Part shown: in pieces, positions 14,024 to 27,862 of the stretch
How positions within the stretch are numbered: position 1 is the stretch's first letter
Layout: each line of letters starts with the position of its first letter
Assembly: GCA_040954595.2 (NCBI GenBank)
Contig: CM082597.2
Coordinates: 5,771,244 to 5,835,243 of the forward strand
Reading direction: 5' to 3'
Length of the DNA stretch: 64,000 nt
From: Balanoglossus misakiensis
Lineage: Eukaryota > Animalia > Hemichordata
Notes under the pieces: generated by a model
What the model was told of the DNA's origin: nothing
What the model saw: the letters and a program-made list of their open reading frames with translations, nothing else
Database searches by the model: none
Made by a program: the position numbers and the translations under genes

Positions 14024-16197
14024 TCACAACATTCTCAAAGCTGTCAGTCCTGAAATGACAGCCAGGGTCAGCAGGTTAAAGGTCAAACTGCCTGCTCCGT
14101 CGTCGGTATTGCATAGGTCGCCTTCGCAGCAGGACGTGCAAATTTCATTGTCTGTGAACAGAAATAACAGTATAATGGTGGTCAATCAGATTATAATAAG
14201 GTGTAGTCTATAGTACAGACTTATTTTTGGCTTTTCTTACTCATTTATACAGTCAAGCATTTTGCTCTTACTTTTGTAATTGTATTATTTCCATGTCAAT
14301 GGACTGTAACCATGACAACTCAGGTCGCTGATATTGAGCAACCCCATGATCAGGTGCCAATGTTAAAAGGGAATAGCATGAAATCGCTTTAGGCGAGGCA
14401 AGTACTACCTTAAAAGTACATCTGTCACTACTGAAGAATTTAATTATTATATTTCATTGATAAATTCTTTTATCGTTCTCTGAAAATACATGTATTATAC
14501 CTAACTAATAATTGTCATCATCACCTCAAACCCGGTTGTCTTCCATTTTTGAGATACCGATTATTGTATTGCATTAGTATTCAAAATTGATCCCATATAA
14601 AGAATATGCGTCTCTCAACAGCATATATAATTGAACAGTAACATGCTTATAACCTGTGAAAGGATTTGAAAGTTTCAGGACAGCGTCTAAAAATGTGACA
14701 GCTTTCTATACCTTTAAGGTCTGTTGTTCTATTTTACATGTAATTTTAAACACAGTATAACGTGAACACAGTAGCCCGGAGACACAGGCGTTGATCTAGA
14801 ATACAACGCCCGGGGACAGTGGAGAAATTTCCTGCTGAGCTGAAAGATAGTAGCCCTGGCAACGATCAGGGTCGCTTAGTAACGAATGGATAACGAGTGA
14901 TCTATCAAATGTTGACGGGCGCCAGTGGTTGGATGATATAATTAACAAAGCTTGGTAAACCACTCCCACATCCCGTCGCGGGAATTTCACACATAACTCC
15001 ACCTCTATTTCCTTATTTAGAATGCGATGATGTCATTTGGTTTACATTGAGTGACCAATTAGCTTACACACAAGATTTACCACCCGTGTCGTTCTCCGCA
15101 CAGAATTCGGTGCGTAAATAGAGACTGTCCCCGGGCGTTCCTTTTCCCCTACTACGCCTGTGTCTCCGGGCTATGAACACAGTATCTTTGTGTAAATATG
15201 GAGTCAATACCTTGAATCTCTGCATCGTATCCCTTAGTACAGCCATGGTAACATTCAATTCTATTAACGCAGCTTCTGGTTACAGCATACATATCTCTGC
15301 CTTTACCCACGAATATTGTCCAAACCTGAAATCGTGAAATGACAAACATCAGAGGTTCTAATATATATATATGTCTAGTCAGCTTTGTTATGTGCACAAT
15401 TTGAATTAAATAGTCCAACCAAAGTTGATATTTCATGAACATCAGTACAAGATTTGCACCTATTTTTGTTTATATAATTATAATTTTATGTTAAGAGGCA
15501 AAGGTATCTTATAAATATTAACAGTTGTAAGAGAGATTAATTTCTGATAACACCTTTTGTGAGTATGAAATCATTTGATCTCTGATCCAGGTAAAATTAC
15601 TGTCGGTTACATTGGGAAAATTTGATTAATTTCTGTGAATGCATAAACTTACCTGACAAATCTGATCCGCGCCGCATCCAACTTCATAATTGTTGGTCAT
15701 GAAGTTGTCATAACAGTTTTCGTCTCCAGAAGGACTAGGCCAGTTCGTGTGTTCACACACATAGCATTTATTAGAAGCTGTCAAGACTTCACCAGCACAC
15801 AGCAGCACTGGAAGATAATCAGTGATGATCAGTGAAAACCCATGAAAGCTTATAAAATGATTAAGTCGTATGTATGTATGTATGTATGTATGTATGTATG
15901 TATGTATGTATGTATGTATGTATGTATGTATCATGTATGTATGTATCATGTATATATGTATCATGTATGTATGTATGTATGTATGTATGTATGTATGTAT
16001 GAATGCATCTATGCATCTATGATGTATCTATGTATGTATGCATGCAGGCATACATGATGTATGCAATGTCAAGCCGTCTATCCAGCCGAATAAAATGACA
16101 TGGCAAACATTGTTCCTAAGTACCTGTGTACTTTGGTCGCATATCTTACAATGTGACATTTCTTACCTGTTAACACAGCAAAGCCCACATACATCAT
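14024..16197 (-). CDS. Ly6/uPAR (three-finger) GPI-anchored protein, paralog 1, 142 aa
   Basis: Exons 16197-16167, 15807-15653, 15325-15211 and 14151-14024, phase-matched (429 nt). Signal peptide, KCYVC...CCEGDLCN, hydrophobic C-terminal GPI signal. Confidence 0.92.
15868..16000. repeat. (TATG)n microsatellite, interrupted
   Basis: Direct observation. Confidence 0.95.
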
Positions 16198-16994
16198 CTT
16201 CAACAACCGGGTGGAACTACGTTGATGGCTTGAAAACTGAAATGGGAAACAACCACTGACTAAATTAACATTTTTCCGCAACAAAATAAATCACTCTTTA
16301 ATTATTCATAGATTGTCATGGATTTCATTCCAAAACGGTAACTTGGCGTGATTAAACAATCATTATAATATGATCTGTGAGAATCAAACTTGCTGATTGG
16401 CTTTGCTCGGTCATTATTTCCCGCCAAATATGCTAATTATCACCCGAGATGTCTTATATCCGCAACCAAATACCATCGCTAGCCGAGTATAACCTCTAAA
16501 TACCATGTAGACATTCCTCAACAAAGAATGATCTGGAAAGGTGCGCGAATTAATCAGGTGACATTGTAATAAATGGTGATGCCTATTGCGACCTTGACAC
16601 TGAACAAAGAAAGTACACCGCCCTTTGTCCTGCATCCAAGACGGGGTCGTGTATTCAAAATAACACATATATACAGTTATGAATGTTTCGCTAAGCGAGT
16701 ATTTATATGGTAGTGTCGTGGCCACTGGTCCGTAAAGCCTTAGAGAGAAAATAACTGGACTAAGCATGATAAGAAATGTTTCAAATTAATACAAACCCGA
16801 GTGTTCAACTAAGCTGCACTATTTTACAGCCGAGACATGCATTTCAACATGTGTTTGGGCACGCAAGTGTTTTTAACACTTCTGATAACAGGGTCCATGC
16901 AGATTCAAATTCAACAAGCGGGGCCATCGACTGGCTATCCAAGTTCCGGACAAATGCACTGGACATATAGTAAAGCTAAACTACTGGTACTCAC

Positions 16995-17065
16995 CTGGAG
17001 ACGACACACGCTTTAACGATGTAGCCAACGAACTGCATCAACGAGGCGGCACCTGGCTATTTATA
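16995..17065 (-). promoter_or_regulatory. TATA box and probable non-coding first exon of Ly6 paralog 1
   Basis: TATAAATA at 17065-17058, Inr-like GCAGTT about 25 nt downstream, and a strong donor CAG|gtgagt at 16995. Confidence 0.55.
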
Positions 17066-19234
17066 GCGCCCCTGCATGCCTAGCGACTAGCTAGCCGACT
17101 GTTGACAATGCCACTTCCCGTTGCGAAGCGACCCCGCGCCGAGCATGTGCATATACACATGACCTCAATTCAATTTCTCAGGTAGCCATTCAATGGACAC
17201 TTGTATTTGCCGACTACATAATTATTTTATACACGTAGGCTCCGAAATACGCAAAACTCCACAATCATCGACATGTAGGTTTTCAGAGGTTTTTGAGAAA
17301 AACACACCAAAGTTTTCCTGGGATTTTTCTCAAGGACAACATTGCGTATATTGACTTCATGACTTGTTCTTACATATTCCTTGGCATATATAGCCAACAG
17401 CAAATCACAAGCACAGATCTTGACCTTGAAAATTGTTTGTCAACACCATTCAAGCGTGTCTGCATGAAAAGTGCACGTCACCGATAAGCTGATACCAGGC
17501 AGCCAGCGGACTTCAGAAGGACAAGCTTCCTCAGATTCGTGCAATAATGGTTCTATTTGGTGCACACAAATACTCTTATCCGCTCATTGAAAGATAGGCT
17601 TCGTATGAAACTAGAAAAGGTGCAATTATAATATGCATACTGTTGAACCTAATGGGCAATTTGTTTCTGTCATGTCAAGAGAATATATTATAAATTATAC
17701 AGTCAGGCGAAATTTCGCCAGATCTCGCTTAGTTCGCAAAATGATCCATTGCAATTGCAAACACCGACCACTGAAACTTGCTTTCATGTATTTAATTAGA
17801 ATATCTTATAGGGAAAAAAGAAGAAAGGCCAATGGTGATAATGAAAATGCTTTTAATACAAAAGACAACAATGGCCGCATCAAATAGCTCAACCTGTTCT
17901 ACAAAACAGTAACACACTAAAAAACAACAATGACTCATGATAACGGGACTTTTAAATTTTTCATTTAAGTATACAAAGGTTGCGTACGCTACTCAGTGAA
18001 GACAAAACAACAAACGCATGGCATACAGGTAAACAAGCTGTCTTCTGGGGGTGACTCAACAATCATGACAATTACACTATAAGGGTTATCAATCATACTG
18101 AAAAGGGCTATCTTAAATACACTGACCTATGGGCGTGGAAGGCGGTAAAGGTACAAGGGTATCATTCATATATCGTTATAATTCATTTTTGACATGTTAT
18201 TCAAGTTTTCATGCTCAGAGACTGATCATGACTCGTAGGATAATAATCCTACTGCTTGTAGGCCATAATGCCACGCCCAGCCTCAATGTAACCCTGTGAT
18301 CCCCGACTGCCTCTTTAGTGGTCCAACCTTACCATACAAAACAATGAGTTTGGACTGAACCATCGTGGTGAAAGGGTAATTAATTTTCAAAGTACGGTTG
18401 TACATAGGGCGATCTCAGTGACAAGACCATATACAGCAATTCCCTTCTCACAAACATGAAAAAGAGTGCTCAGATTGAGATAAAAAAACACCTTACAACT
18501 ATTGAAATGTATTCTGTGAAACTATGGAAAAGTTTAGTATATTTGAACAGCTAGCTTCTCAAGCTCGGAAGCACAGTGTATCCATCAAACACATTGTAAG
18601 CTGACATACAATTCACTTTGGCATTACAACATATTACAAATTCACCGCCAATTTCATTACTGTAAATTTCAATGAAAACGGCTGTCATGCAATCAAAGAT
18701 TTAATTGGTCACGTTCAAAATCTTATTTTGAGGTGATGATTTTAAATCTGTTGGACAAAGGTCACACATTTTTAACTTTAAAGGGACTTATGGATTTTCG
18801 AAAGCTAATTTATTTGCCTTGTCTGTGGAACAGTTTGGATTGTATGTAATACCCATCTTTGCTGGCCAAGGTATCTCTGAAAGCTGGCTAGTTAGACTGT
18901 AGCCAGCCACGCCGTGTGGACCAGAGACGGTGTATGTACTGTAGCACCGGGAATGGGCATCCAGCCAGACATCTGATCAGGCTATTGTGCGGAGATGTCA
19001 CAGCAGTTGCCATGGGGACTTTGTTGAATGTCACAATACCAAAGCTATCCGCTCACACTGTACACACAATGCATTTGACTCACACAGCAATTATTCAAGA
19101 TAAACTTCAAACTGGTTGTAATCAGCTGTTTTAAATTCCCCTAAAAATACATAGGTACGTATACAACAGTAAACTGTGATTGAACAAATAAACCTGGGAA
19201 TCCAGGTGGACAACATGCATTAAGTCAAGCCTGC

Positions 19235-20826
19235 TTACAGTTTCCAAATCGACAGTCCCAGGGCGGCAGCCAGGGTCAAGAGGTTAAGGGTCATGGCACT
19301 TGCTCCACCATCAACATTGCACAGCTCACCATCACAGCATGAAATGCAAATTTCGTTATCTGAAGAATATGACAGGAAGATAAACAGTATAAGAAGCATA
19401 GCACCTCCTTCGACGATGGTGGAAACATAAGTTTAAATCGTTTGTTATGAAACTGACAAATATGTTTGATAGAATACACCGCTTATGTTATTCGACATTT
19501 GGATATATAGTGAATCGACGTTCAACCACACACAACTTCCATCCAACTTGTAGACACGAGAGTGAAAAACTCGCCAAAATGAATAATCGGTGTTTACCAT
19601 TTATTCATTTTTGGCGAGATTTTTACTCATTGTCATTCATACCTTGGATTTCTGAATCATATCCCTTGAAACATCCATGGTAACAAGATATCCTGTCGAT
19701 GCATTGTCTTGTGACAGAATACCATATATGTGATTTGGTCACATAAAGTGATGACACCTATACAAACAGATAAATTATTACAAAAGTAAAGAAATTGACA
19801 AGATGTTTACAGATCTTTTTGAAATGGACAAGCCATCACCAATGATACAGTCCCTAATTTGAAATTCCATTAAGATGAGTGTTTACTGTATATTGATGAC
19901 TAAGTTACACAGCTATATTGTGACCTGTTACTGAATGGATCACACTGGAACAATTGAGGCACTCAATCACTCCTAATTTAAAGGGACAAAGTCTCTCCCT
20001 CGATGCCTATTTACCATTAATTTATGTTATTCTACATGTGGATATGTAGTGAATCAACGTTCGACCACACACAACTTCCATCCCATTTGTAAGATATTAG
20101 AGTAAAAATCTCGCCAAAATGAATAAAACGGTAGAGACAGATTATTCATTTTGGCGAGTGTTTTTACTCTTGTGTCTATAAGTGGGATGGAAGTTGTGTG
20201 TGGTTGAAAGTTGATTCACTATATATCCACATGTAGAATAAAATAAACGGTGTATTGTATCAAACATAATTGATGGTAAAATGACAGCGAGAGAGAGACT
20301 CATGTCTTCCCTCTAAATTAGCAACACCGGTGCTAACTTATTCAATCTTAAAGCAACGCAATTGAAGACATCAACTTACCTGGCATATCTGATCCGCTCC
20401 ACATCCAACTTCATATTTGTTGGCCATGAAGTTGTCATAGCAGTCTTCGTCTCCATCAGAAGTGGGGTAGTACGTGTGAGAGCACACATAACACTTATTA
20501 GCTTCTGCCAAGACTTCACCAGCACACATCAGCACTGGAAGAGTACAATGTAATGTAACACAGGCTTATAAAATGAAGTCATGCATGTAAAGTTAGCATA
20601 CTTGGAAAATGGTATGATCTCTGCAACGTTCTTTCATGGGGACTTACTCATCAGGAAACTAGACTAGTCTTCATTCATTCATTCATTCATTCATTTATTC
20701 ATTCATAACCCAAAGGAACACATTAGCTGTAATTTAACGTAACTGACTCATGCTTTTGAGTTATTTTTCAATTTTTCTCCAATGTATTCTCTTGTATTGT
20801 ACGAGGCCCCCAGTGGGTTATGCTCT

Positions 20827-20886
<60 letters not shown>

Positions 20887-20974
20887 GTAAAATTTTAATA
20901 AATCTACTTTATTCTATTATTTAATAGTGATATTCGAACTTACGTGTCAGTAGGATGAGGCGAATATTATTCAT
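19235..20974 (-). CDS. Ly6/uPAR (three-finger) GPI-anchored protein, paralog 2, 141 aa
   Basis: Exons 20974-20944, 20534-20380, 19757-19643 and 19359-19235. The first three exon sizes (31/155/115) equal those of paralog 1. KCYVC...CCDGELCN plus a GPI signal. Not visible in the ORF track. Confidence 0.92.
19461..19629. mobile_element. Family A MITE, half copy, in the last intron of Ly6 paralog 2
   Basis: Matches the left arm and centre of the family A palindrome. Confidence 0.75.
19982..20300. mobile_element. Family A MITE in a Ly6 paralog 2 intron
   Basis: TTAA-AGGGACAAAGTCTC start and palindromic body; right end degenerate. Confidence 0.8.
20829..20885. repeat. (AAAT)n microsatellite
   Basis: Direct observation. 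Confidence 0.95.
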
Positions 20975-21899
20975 ATTGAATGGTTGTTTTCTGGTCCTGT
21001 TTTGAATTCTGAAACGTCAGAGAAGAAATTTCAACTTTATTTGGTGTTTTACCATTAAACTATCTAACGTGAGGCCCAGATGCAGCCTGGGCGATAATAT
21101 AACATAAGGTGATCGAGAGGTCTGCTTGATGGTTTCATCAATTTACGGTCCTGATTGCTGGTCATCACTGGATGGGGCAAAAATTTGCACAAATAGGGGA
21201 CATTTTCTTGTGTACCCGCTGGACAATTTACTGAATTAAACCACCGTTTTTATCATTACTTATAATTTTGAAAGCCGGTATGTCGGGCTGGGGTGCAGCA
21301 AATGTGTTGTTCAAAAATAGTCGCCGTCTGGAAACACAATAGGGGTGCATAGAAATTTGGTTAAAATGTAGCAATGTTGCATCTGAGACAATGAATTTGC
21401 CGCCAATGCAACGGCAGACTAGACTCCGCTGTCTCACTGCCCGTGGTCGTGGAATCGTACAACAGGTGGTTGAGACAAGACATTGCCAGCAAATGGTCAT
21501 ATAATCAGTCGTTCACACAAGTTTTCATAAGGAGATTCGTTTGGTATTTTCTTAGTTAACAAAACAAAACAAATCTTGACTATAGTTTCACAGAAATGGC
21601 CGATAGGCAAGATCGAATGCGTGCGACTGATCTTCATCATAAAATACCTCACATCATAAAGATTTTATTCAATTGAATTAAACTTGTAAACGTGCCGATG
21701 ATTTCCCTCTGTAATTCTTTGGCGAAATAAATGCCTTCTAAAAAATGAAACACTCAAAATCTAGAAGAGTTCCAGCCAGAAACTCGCCAGTCACTGAACT
21801 CGATTATGGGGATGCGGTGCACTATAGCATCACCTCTCAAATTTCTGATGATGAATTTAGTTTAAATTGCAAAGTCCACAACAGCATAACATGACTCAC

Positions 21900-22100
21900 C
21901 TTTCTAACAAAGAAGGCTTGTTTTATATTTCTCCCGGTCGTTGTTTTGTGTGAAAACAGACGGTAACTACGATACTCAGTCAAATGTGATACTGATAGTG
22001 ATACCCTTCCTTCAACGAAACGCGACTGAGTCAGTTGCGAGCATGCGCATATATCTCCACAAACTTTTTCGCCGCTCATTGCATGTACGCATGCGCGTAT
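21900..22100 (-). promoter_or_regulatory. Probable promoter and non-coding first exon of Ly6 paralog 2
   Basis: Donor AAG|gtgagt at 21900, TCAGT initiator-like motif near 21990, and GCATGCGCA (NRF1-like) motifs at ~22040-22097. Confidence 0.35.
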
Positions 22101-23739
22101 TAACTTTTGTCCTATTCCATGAATGTGTGTGTTCTCATGACACTTGACCGTCTAAATCACAAACGTGGTATCCTCAACTTAATCGTATTTTCATCTCACT
22201 CTCAGAACCGGGTCAAAACATGAATAATATTCTTCTCATCGGATTCGTGGTCATAGCCATATCATGGTATATTCAACACGTACACCGCCTAAACTTCTAG
22301 GCTATAGGTATAGTCGTACTTACGTCAAGTTGGCTGGTATATACGTAAACAGACCAGTGATTTTTTTTTTTCACGAAATGAGTTTTGGGACCAGACATTA
22401 TAAGAGTTCAAGCTTTTATAGGGCCTTTTATTGAATTACGCTCACTTTATTTTTTCTGTTGCCATTCAAATGGTCCTACACAAGTCGCGTCGTTGCAACT
22501 GCGCGATTAGAATTGGGTTAGCCCGCAGCTGTCCGTGGGGGTAATCAGCCCCCCCCCCCCCCTCAACAGCTGCACCACAGCTACTACCCAAGAGCTGACC
22601 TATATCACCACCTGTGTGACGTAGACCAGGACAGACAAATGATTTCGTCAATGCGCGCATGCGTCTTTAGGGTCGTCATGGTCGTTTTGCCTTGACCGAC
22701 TTCCATTCAAACGTACCACAGTGACACTACGCATACATACTCAAGGCACGGTCACTAAAAATTCGCCCACGTGTGGAGCCTCGCATGTCATGTAGGACAA
22801 CTACTTTATAGGCCTAAGTTTACATTTATCAAGTTGTTGGCTTTGAAATGTGCTTGACCAGTCGTGAATTTTATGTATCTCACGTGATTGATATATAGAA
22901 GTTTTGTTGTTTCTGTTTTTTAAACTGAAAATAATACCTACTGGAACATGATACAGTCGAACGTACAATAATGCCAGTTCAAGAAAATTGAAAAGCAGGT
23001 ATGGAAGTCAAATGGCTATGGTACACGGACCGGAACTAGGCCCCTATGAAAAAATTCCAATATCCCGATAATCCCAAATGCAATGAGTACAGATCAGCAA
23101 AACTCCATTTTCCTGGTGTGGTATTTCTGAAGACTGCCGCGTCCAACGGTGTCAACGTAAAACCCAGGACTGATCAACTGTGCCGGTGTGCCCTGTCGTG
23201 ACCGATCCGCGTAACGGTGACTCACTGCAACATGTTTGCACATTCTCGCTGGCGATGAGAGTGACCTGGAATCTCAATCTCTCTGTCTCTCTCTCTCTCT
23301 CTGTCTGTCTCTCTGTGTGTCTCTGTCTCTTAAATTTCTTCTCTTTGTTCTTTGGGCGCCACTGAACAGAACATCTGGATTTTGGCGCCTTATAATTTTT
23401 TTTGATTGATTGATTGATTGAAATATAGCCTAGCCTGGTGTAATTCATGGCTCATTTAACCGTTACTTGATATTGTATAGGAATTACGAAAATGACACGT
23501 AGTAGAGTGTTTCATAGTACTCCAATGTTTGTCCATAGTTACCGTAAATCGTAGTCAAGAAAACATTGCCATGGTTGAGAGAAAGGTTATGTCTGGTTAG
23601 TGAACACTCGTCAAAGGAACACCAACAAAGTGTTCTATTGTTCACCATGAGGGGGTGGACTTCACTAGTGCGAACGCACTATTTTTCCTACCTCCTTTTT
23701 TTCACTTTATCAGTACATTTTTCACCATTCGATGTAAAA

Positions 23740-23853
23740 ATTGAAATTGAAATAAAATTGAATTGAATTGAAATGAAATGAAATGAATTTGAATTGAATT
23801 GAATTGAATTGAATTGAATTGAATTGAATTGAATTGAATTGAATTGAATTGAA
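23740..23853. repeat. (AATTG)n microsatellite
   Basis: Direct observation. Confidence 0.95.
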
Positions 23854-24911
23854 CAACTGGTTTCATGTAGTGGATAGAAGTAATTTATCATTGTCACGCT
23901 TGATGCATTTGACCCAGCCACTTGTTACCCCATTCCGAATATGGTATGTGTCTGTACGTATGAATTCTCACACAAAGAAACAAAAAATAGGTAAATTTCT
24001 TGTAAAGTTGGCGAAATTATATCAACCAGAAGGTCGGTGAAAATTTACTAGTAGCGGGTGATAGATGCGATGATAGATGTTCTGTTTTGACGTCATACTT
24101 ACAATCTTCACCAATTCGGTGACGCCTTTTAAACTGACAAAATAGTGCGACACGGTGCATAGGAGTGCTCACTTCTCCACTTGTAAAAGTCTGGATAAAG
24201 TAAACTGTAACCCTTTACATTTATCATAGCCACTTGAAAATCTGAACGTTGGCAATTCAATAAGTTTGCTTGGGCGGGCACAGTGGTATTTCCCTTTAGC
24301 GTAGCGCAGCCAGCGGTGGGATTGGGGCAGGGGACCAGACTATCATATAGGCGTCATGTCAGGTGGCATGAAATCGATGTTCGTCAACTGGGCCCAGTCA
24401 TTCTACATATTACATATGTGCAAAGCGTATTTATTATTTTTCACATGTATTTATTACGAAAAACATTCTATTGAAGCGGAAAATGTGGATTGGAAAAAGT
24501 CTGCTCTTCTATATACGCAACTCGGAAAATATTCAGACCATAACATTAAAAAACTCTGAACAGCTGGCGCAACATCATATGTCAGTACAGTGTAATAAAT
24601 TAACAAATTTCTTCCGAAATATCATTAAATAATTCATTCGGAAGACATAAAACCAATTTCAAAATTTTGATTCAAATATTCCTATAAAAATTGTTCCCCC
24701 TGAAATTAAACTGAAATCATGAAAACCTTTATGGCATGTTATCATGTATTATAATATTCAGTTTATAGCTGACCCAAAGTTGGTCTGTATGTTTATTGTA
24801 TCGATTGTAAGGAAGGCAGGTGGCCTATATTTACCGAATAAACAATATAAGAATATTCAGTTTCACACTGAGAACAACTTGTCTCGCAATTCAATAACCC
24901 AGACAAATATA

Positions 24912-24913
<2 letters not shown>

Positions 24914-24979
<66 letters not shown>

Positions 24980-25395
24980 CTTTATTTAAAGAGGGTAATC
25001 TGATTACAAATGAATTGTAATTTACATCAGGGCCCTCATGAAAAAAAAATACAATTTCATATAAATAGTGAATCGTAAATACACAACTGAAACAAAAACA
25101 AAAAAAAGAGCGAGGACATAGATAAATGAAAGAATAAATAAATAAATAAATAAATAAATAAATGAGAAATCCAATCAATAAGCTTTCCATCCAAATCTGA
25201 ACCTTCATTACAAAACTTCGTAAAAAGGTAACTGTACAATGCTGATTTAAATGATGATAAACTTGCATGGTTACGGATATATACAGGAATTGAGTTCCAA
25301 GTTTTTGCAGCTCGATAGGCAAACGACCTTTGACCCATGGCAGTCCTGAACCTTGGTGGGTAGAGGTCCCCGGCGCTGACACTTCGAGTATTTAA
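24914..25395 (-). mobile_element. 5'-truncated LINE (CR1/L2-like) 3' end with (TAA)n tail
   Basis: Minus frame NTRS...PRFRTAMGQRSFAYRAAKTWNSIPVYIRNHASLSSFKSAL is typical of the CR1/L2 ORF2 C-terminus. It is followed by a 3'UTR and a (TAA)n tail at 24914-24977. Confidence 0.8.
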
Positions 25396-26279
25396 ACGAT
25401 TCACGATATATAAGCATATCAAACCAAAACAAGTTTTCAAAAACCACTTTTCAGAACCAGTTTTTTAACACCAATAAAACAGTAACGACAGCTTTAATAT
25501 TAAAAGCTTTGGAACAACTGCAATATGTAAACAGTGTGTGTTTTTTCTGCATGCGAGAAACGGGTTTCCTTGACTTCTGGCGCTAAAATGGGCGATGACC
25601 GACCGCAGTATTGTTTCCATGGAAATACATAATAACTGAAAAGTTTATATTGAAAATAAATAGAATGCATTGTGTACAGAGATACGAATACGATGTGTCA
25701 GATTGATACCATACTCCCATGGCATATGATCGTACGCGTACCTTTATCGATTGAAAAAACTAAATAACATTGCTCACAAACACAAGAATAGTCAAACTAG
25801 GGTGTTTTTGGACTCCAGACGCTTCTCTGTTCACTACCAACACTTCAAACATGGCGTTGATCACGCTACGTCAAAAGGTATACGCGCTAAAAGTCAGCAG
25901 ATTCCGACTTACCATGCTTATTTGCTGTCTTGCTGTGATGAGGTCAAAAGGAAAGCCTCACACCCGCCACAATTTGACATTTATGTTGAACTAATATATA
26001 GTTACTCCTTTTGTCAATCTTTCATAAAATTTAATGATAGCATCACCCAAACGTGATAAAGACAAGTAAAAAACAATCCAATGTGGTTTGGGGCTGGTAG
26101 GAAATATTCCTTTAGTCACGAGGTTAGCCCTCCCAAATTCAGTTCACACTTTTGATCACATGACAGCTTTTTATCCAATGACAGGAAAGTACGTGGCGGT
26201 GTGATCTTTTATGACCGCAGGAATATATAATCGTCGGCGCCGTCTGTAAGCTTATCGTCGTGATCTCATAAGTGCGAAG

Positions 26280-27404
26280 ATGGCAACGTGTTCTCAATCA
26301 GTGATGACCAAGTTTAAATATACAGGATGTTTCATCATGCTGATTTCTTGTTTCTGTGTATACCACTGCGTAATGTTGATCAACGAGCACATTCAGTCAC
26401 TACCAATGGCCAAGCTGACCTCGCTGAGAAAGGCGCCTTTTATCTTGAAAGCGTTGGCACCAATATACCATGAGACGCCATGGGATAAGATTGAGACTCG
26501 CGGAGAAGAAGATAATCAGATAAACTGGTCCTTCGTCGTATTGACTATGAGTCGGCCGAAGAGTTTACAGCGCCTGTTGGATTCGCTGGAAGCAGCTGAA
26601 TACGATGGCGACAGGGTACAGCTTGTCATCTGGATAGATTATCGCGACACGATTTCACACAATCAAACTGTCGAATTCGTCGAATCATTCAAGTTTTCAC
26701 ACGGACCCAAATTAGTCCACGTAAGAAAAGAAAACACAGGCCTTACACGAGCATGGTTCGATGCCTGGATGCCTAAGTCTGACAAGGAATATGCCGTCAT
26801 CTTTGAAGATGACGTCGAGGTGTCCGTCTATTTCTATCGTTGGCTGAAAATGGCTTGGGCTGCATACAGGGGTGTTCCTGAACTTGCCGGCATCGTACTC
26901 GAACGACAGAGAACCAGAGGAGCCCGTGGCAAGCCCGCTTATATATACACATTTATAAATGATACCAAGCCTTTCCTCTACAAACGCTTCAATACCCACG
27001 GCTTTGCGCCGCACCCAGTCCACTGGAAGGCCTTCGTTACCTGGGTCAGGCGCGCGTTTTATAGAATAGAGCCGCTTGTTGAGGGTGTCATATCCACCAA
27101 ATGGTGGCTGCACAGCAACAAGAACGAAAATGTCTTCGAACAGTGGTTCATCTACTACTGCAACCAGCACACCTTGTTTAATCTGTACATAACCCTACAA
27201 AACACAGACGCTCTGACCATTCACCACGCTGAACAAGGAGAACACCAGCCGAGTAGAGTTGCAGGCGAATCCTGGACGAACCTGGCAACTAAGTGGAGTG
27301 AAAATTTGCAAACCTTTCCAAAGAAGTTGGTCCATTATGGTTGGGACGCTGAACCAATGAACTGTCCTCCTCGAAGTGACTGCACTGCGTGGCAGGATGT
27401 TTAA
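26280..27404 (+). CDS. Intronless type II membrane GT-A fold glycosyltransferase (GT2-like), 374 aa
   Basis: N-terminal hydrophobic anchor; VVLTMSRPKSLQRLLDSL, HGPK...ENTGLTRAW and acidic motif VIFEDDVEVS. TATA-like sequence at ~26223. Confidence 0.85.
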   Translation: MATCSQSVMTKFKYTGCFIMLISCFCVYHCVMLINEHIQSLPMAKLTSLRKAPFILKALAPIYHETPWDKIETRGEEDNQINWSFVVLTMSRPKSLQRLLDSLEAAEYDGDRVQLVIWIDYRDTISHNQTVEFVESFKFSHGPKLVHVRKENTGLTRAWFDAWMPKSDKEYAVIFEDDVEVSVYFYRWLKMAWAAYRGVPELAGIVLERQRTRGARGKPAYIYTFINDTKPFLYKRFNTHGFAPHPVHWKAFVTWVRRAFYRIEPLVEGVISTKWWLHSNKNENVFEQWFIYYCNQHTLFNLYITLQNTDALTIHHAEQGEHQPSRVAGESWTNLATKWSENLQTFPKKLVHYGWDAEPMNCPPRSDCTAWQDV

Positions 27405-27772
27405 CATAATTCCACTGCCAGTTTTATTTGACAAACGATTTGTCGAAAATTCAGACGACTGACTAAATTTGGGATTTTTTTTGCAAACCTGACATCGCTA
27501 TAATGTCCTATTCACTCACTCTAGCAGTCGGTTTCGGTATTTTGCTGCTTTATACCTTAATTTTTCTTGGATATGTGTTTTTCTGTCAATGGTGATTTGA
27601 AGAAAAGGTGACTGTGTACAAATGAATGGTCATGTCATGGACACGTGGATTCCATTGCAAATATACGCCATTTGTGGGGATGTTGTGTAACGTACTACAA
27701 ACTCCGCCATCTTTTATTAAGTGCCTTAACATCGGTTACTTCCTAATTGGTTTATTCATTCTCATACGCACC

Positions 27773-27862
27773 ACAACACAACACAACACAACACAACACA
27801 ACACAACACAACACAACACAACACAACACAACACAACACAACACAACACAACACAACACAAC
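27773..27862. repeat. (CAACA)n microsatellite
   Basis: Direct observation. Confidence 0.97.
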
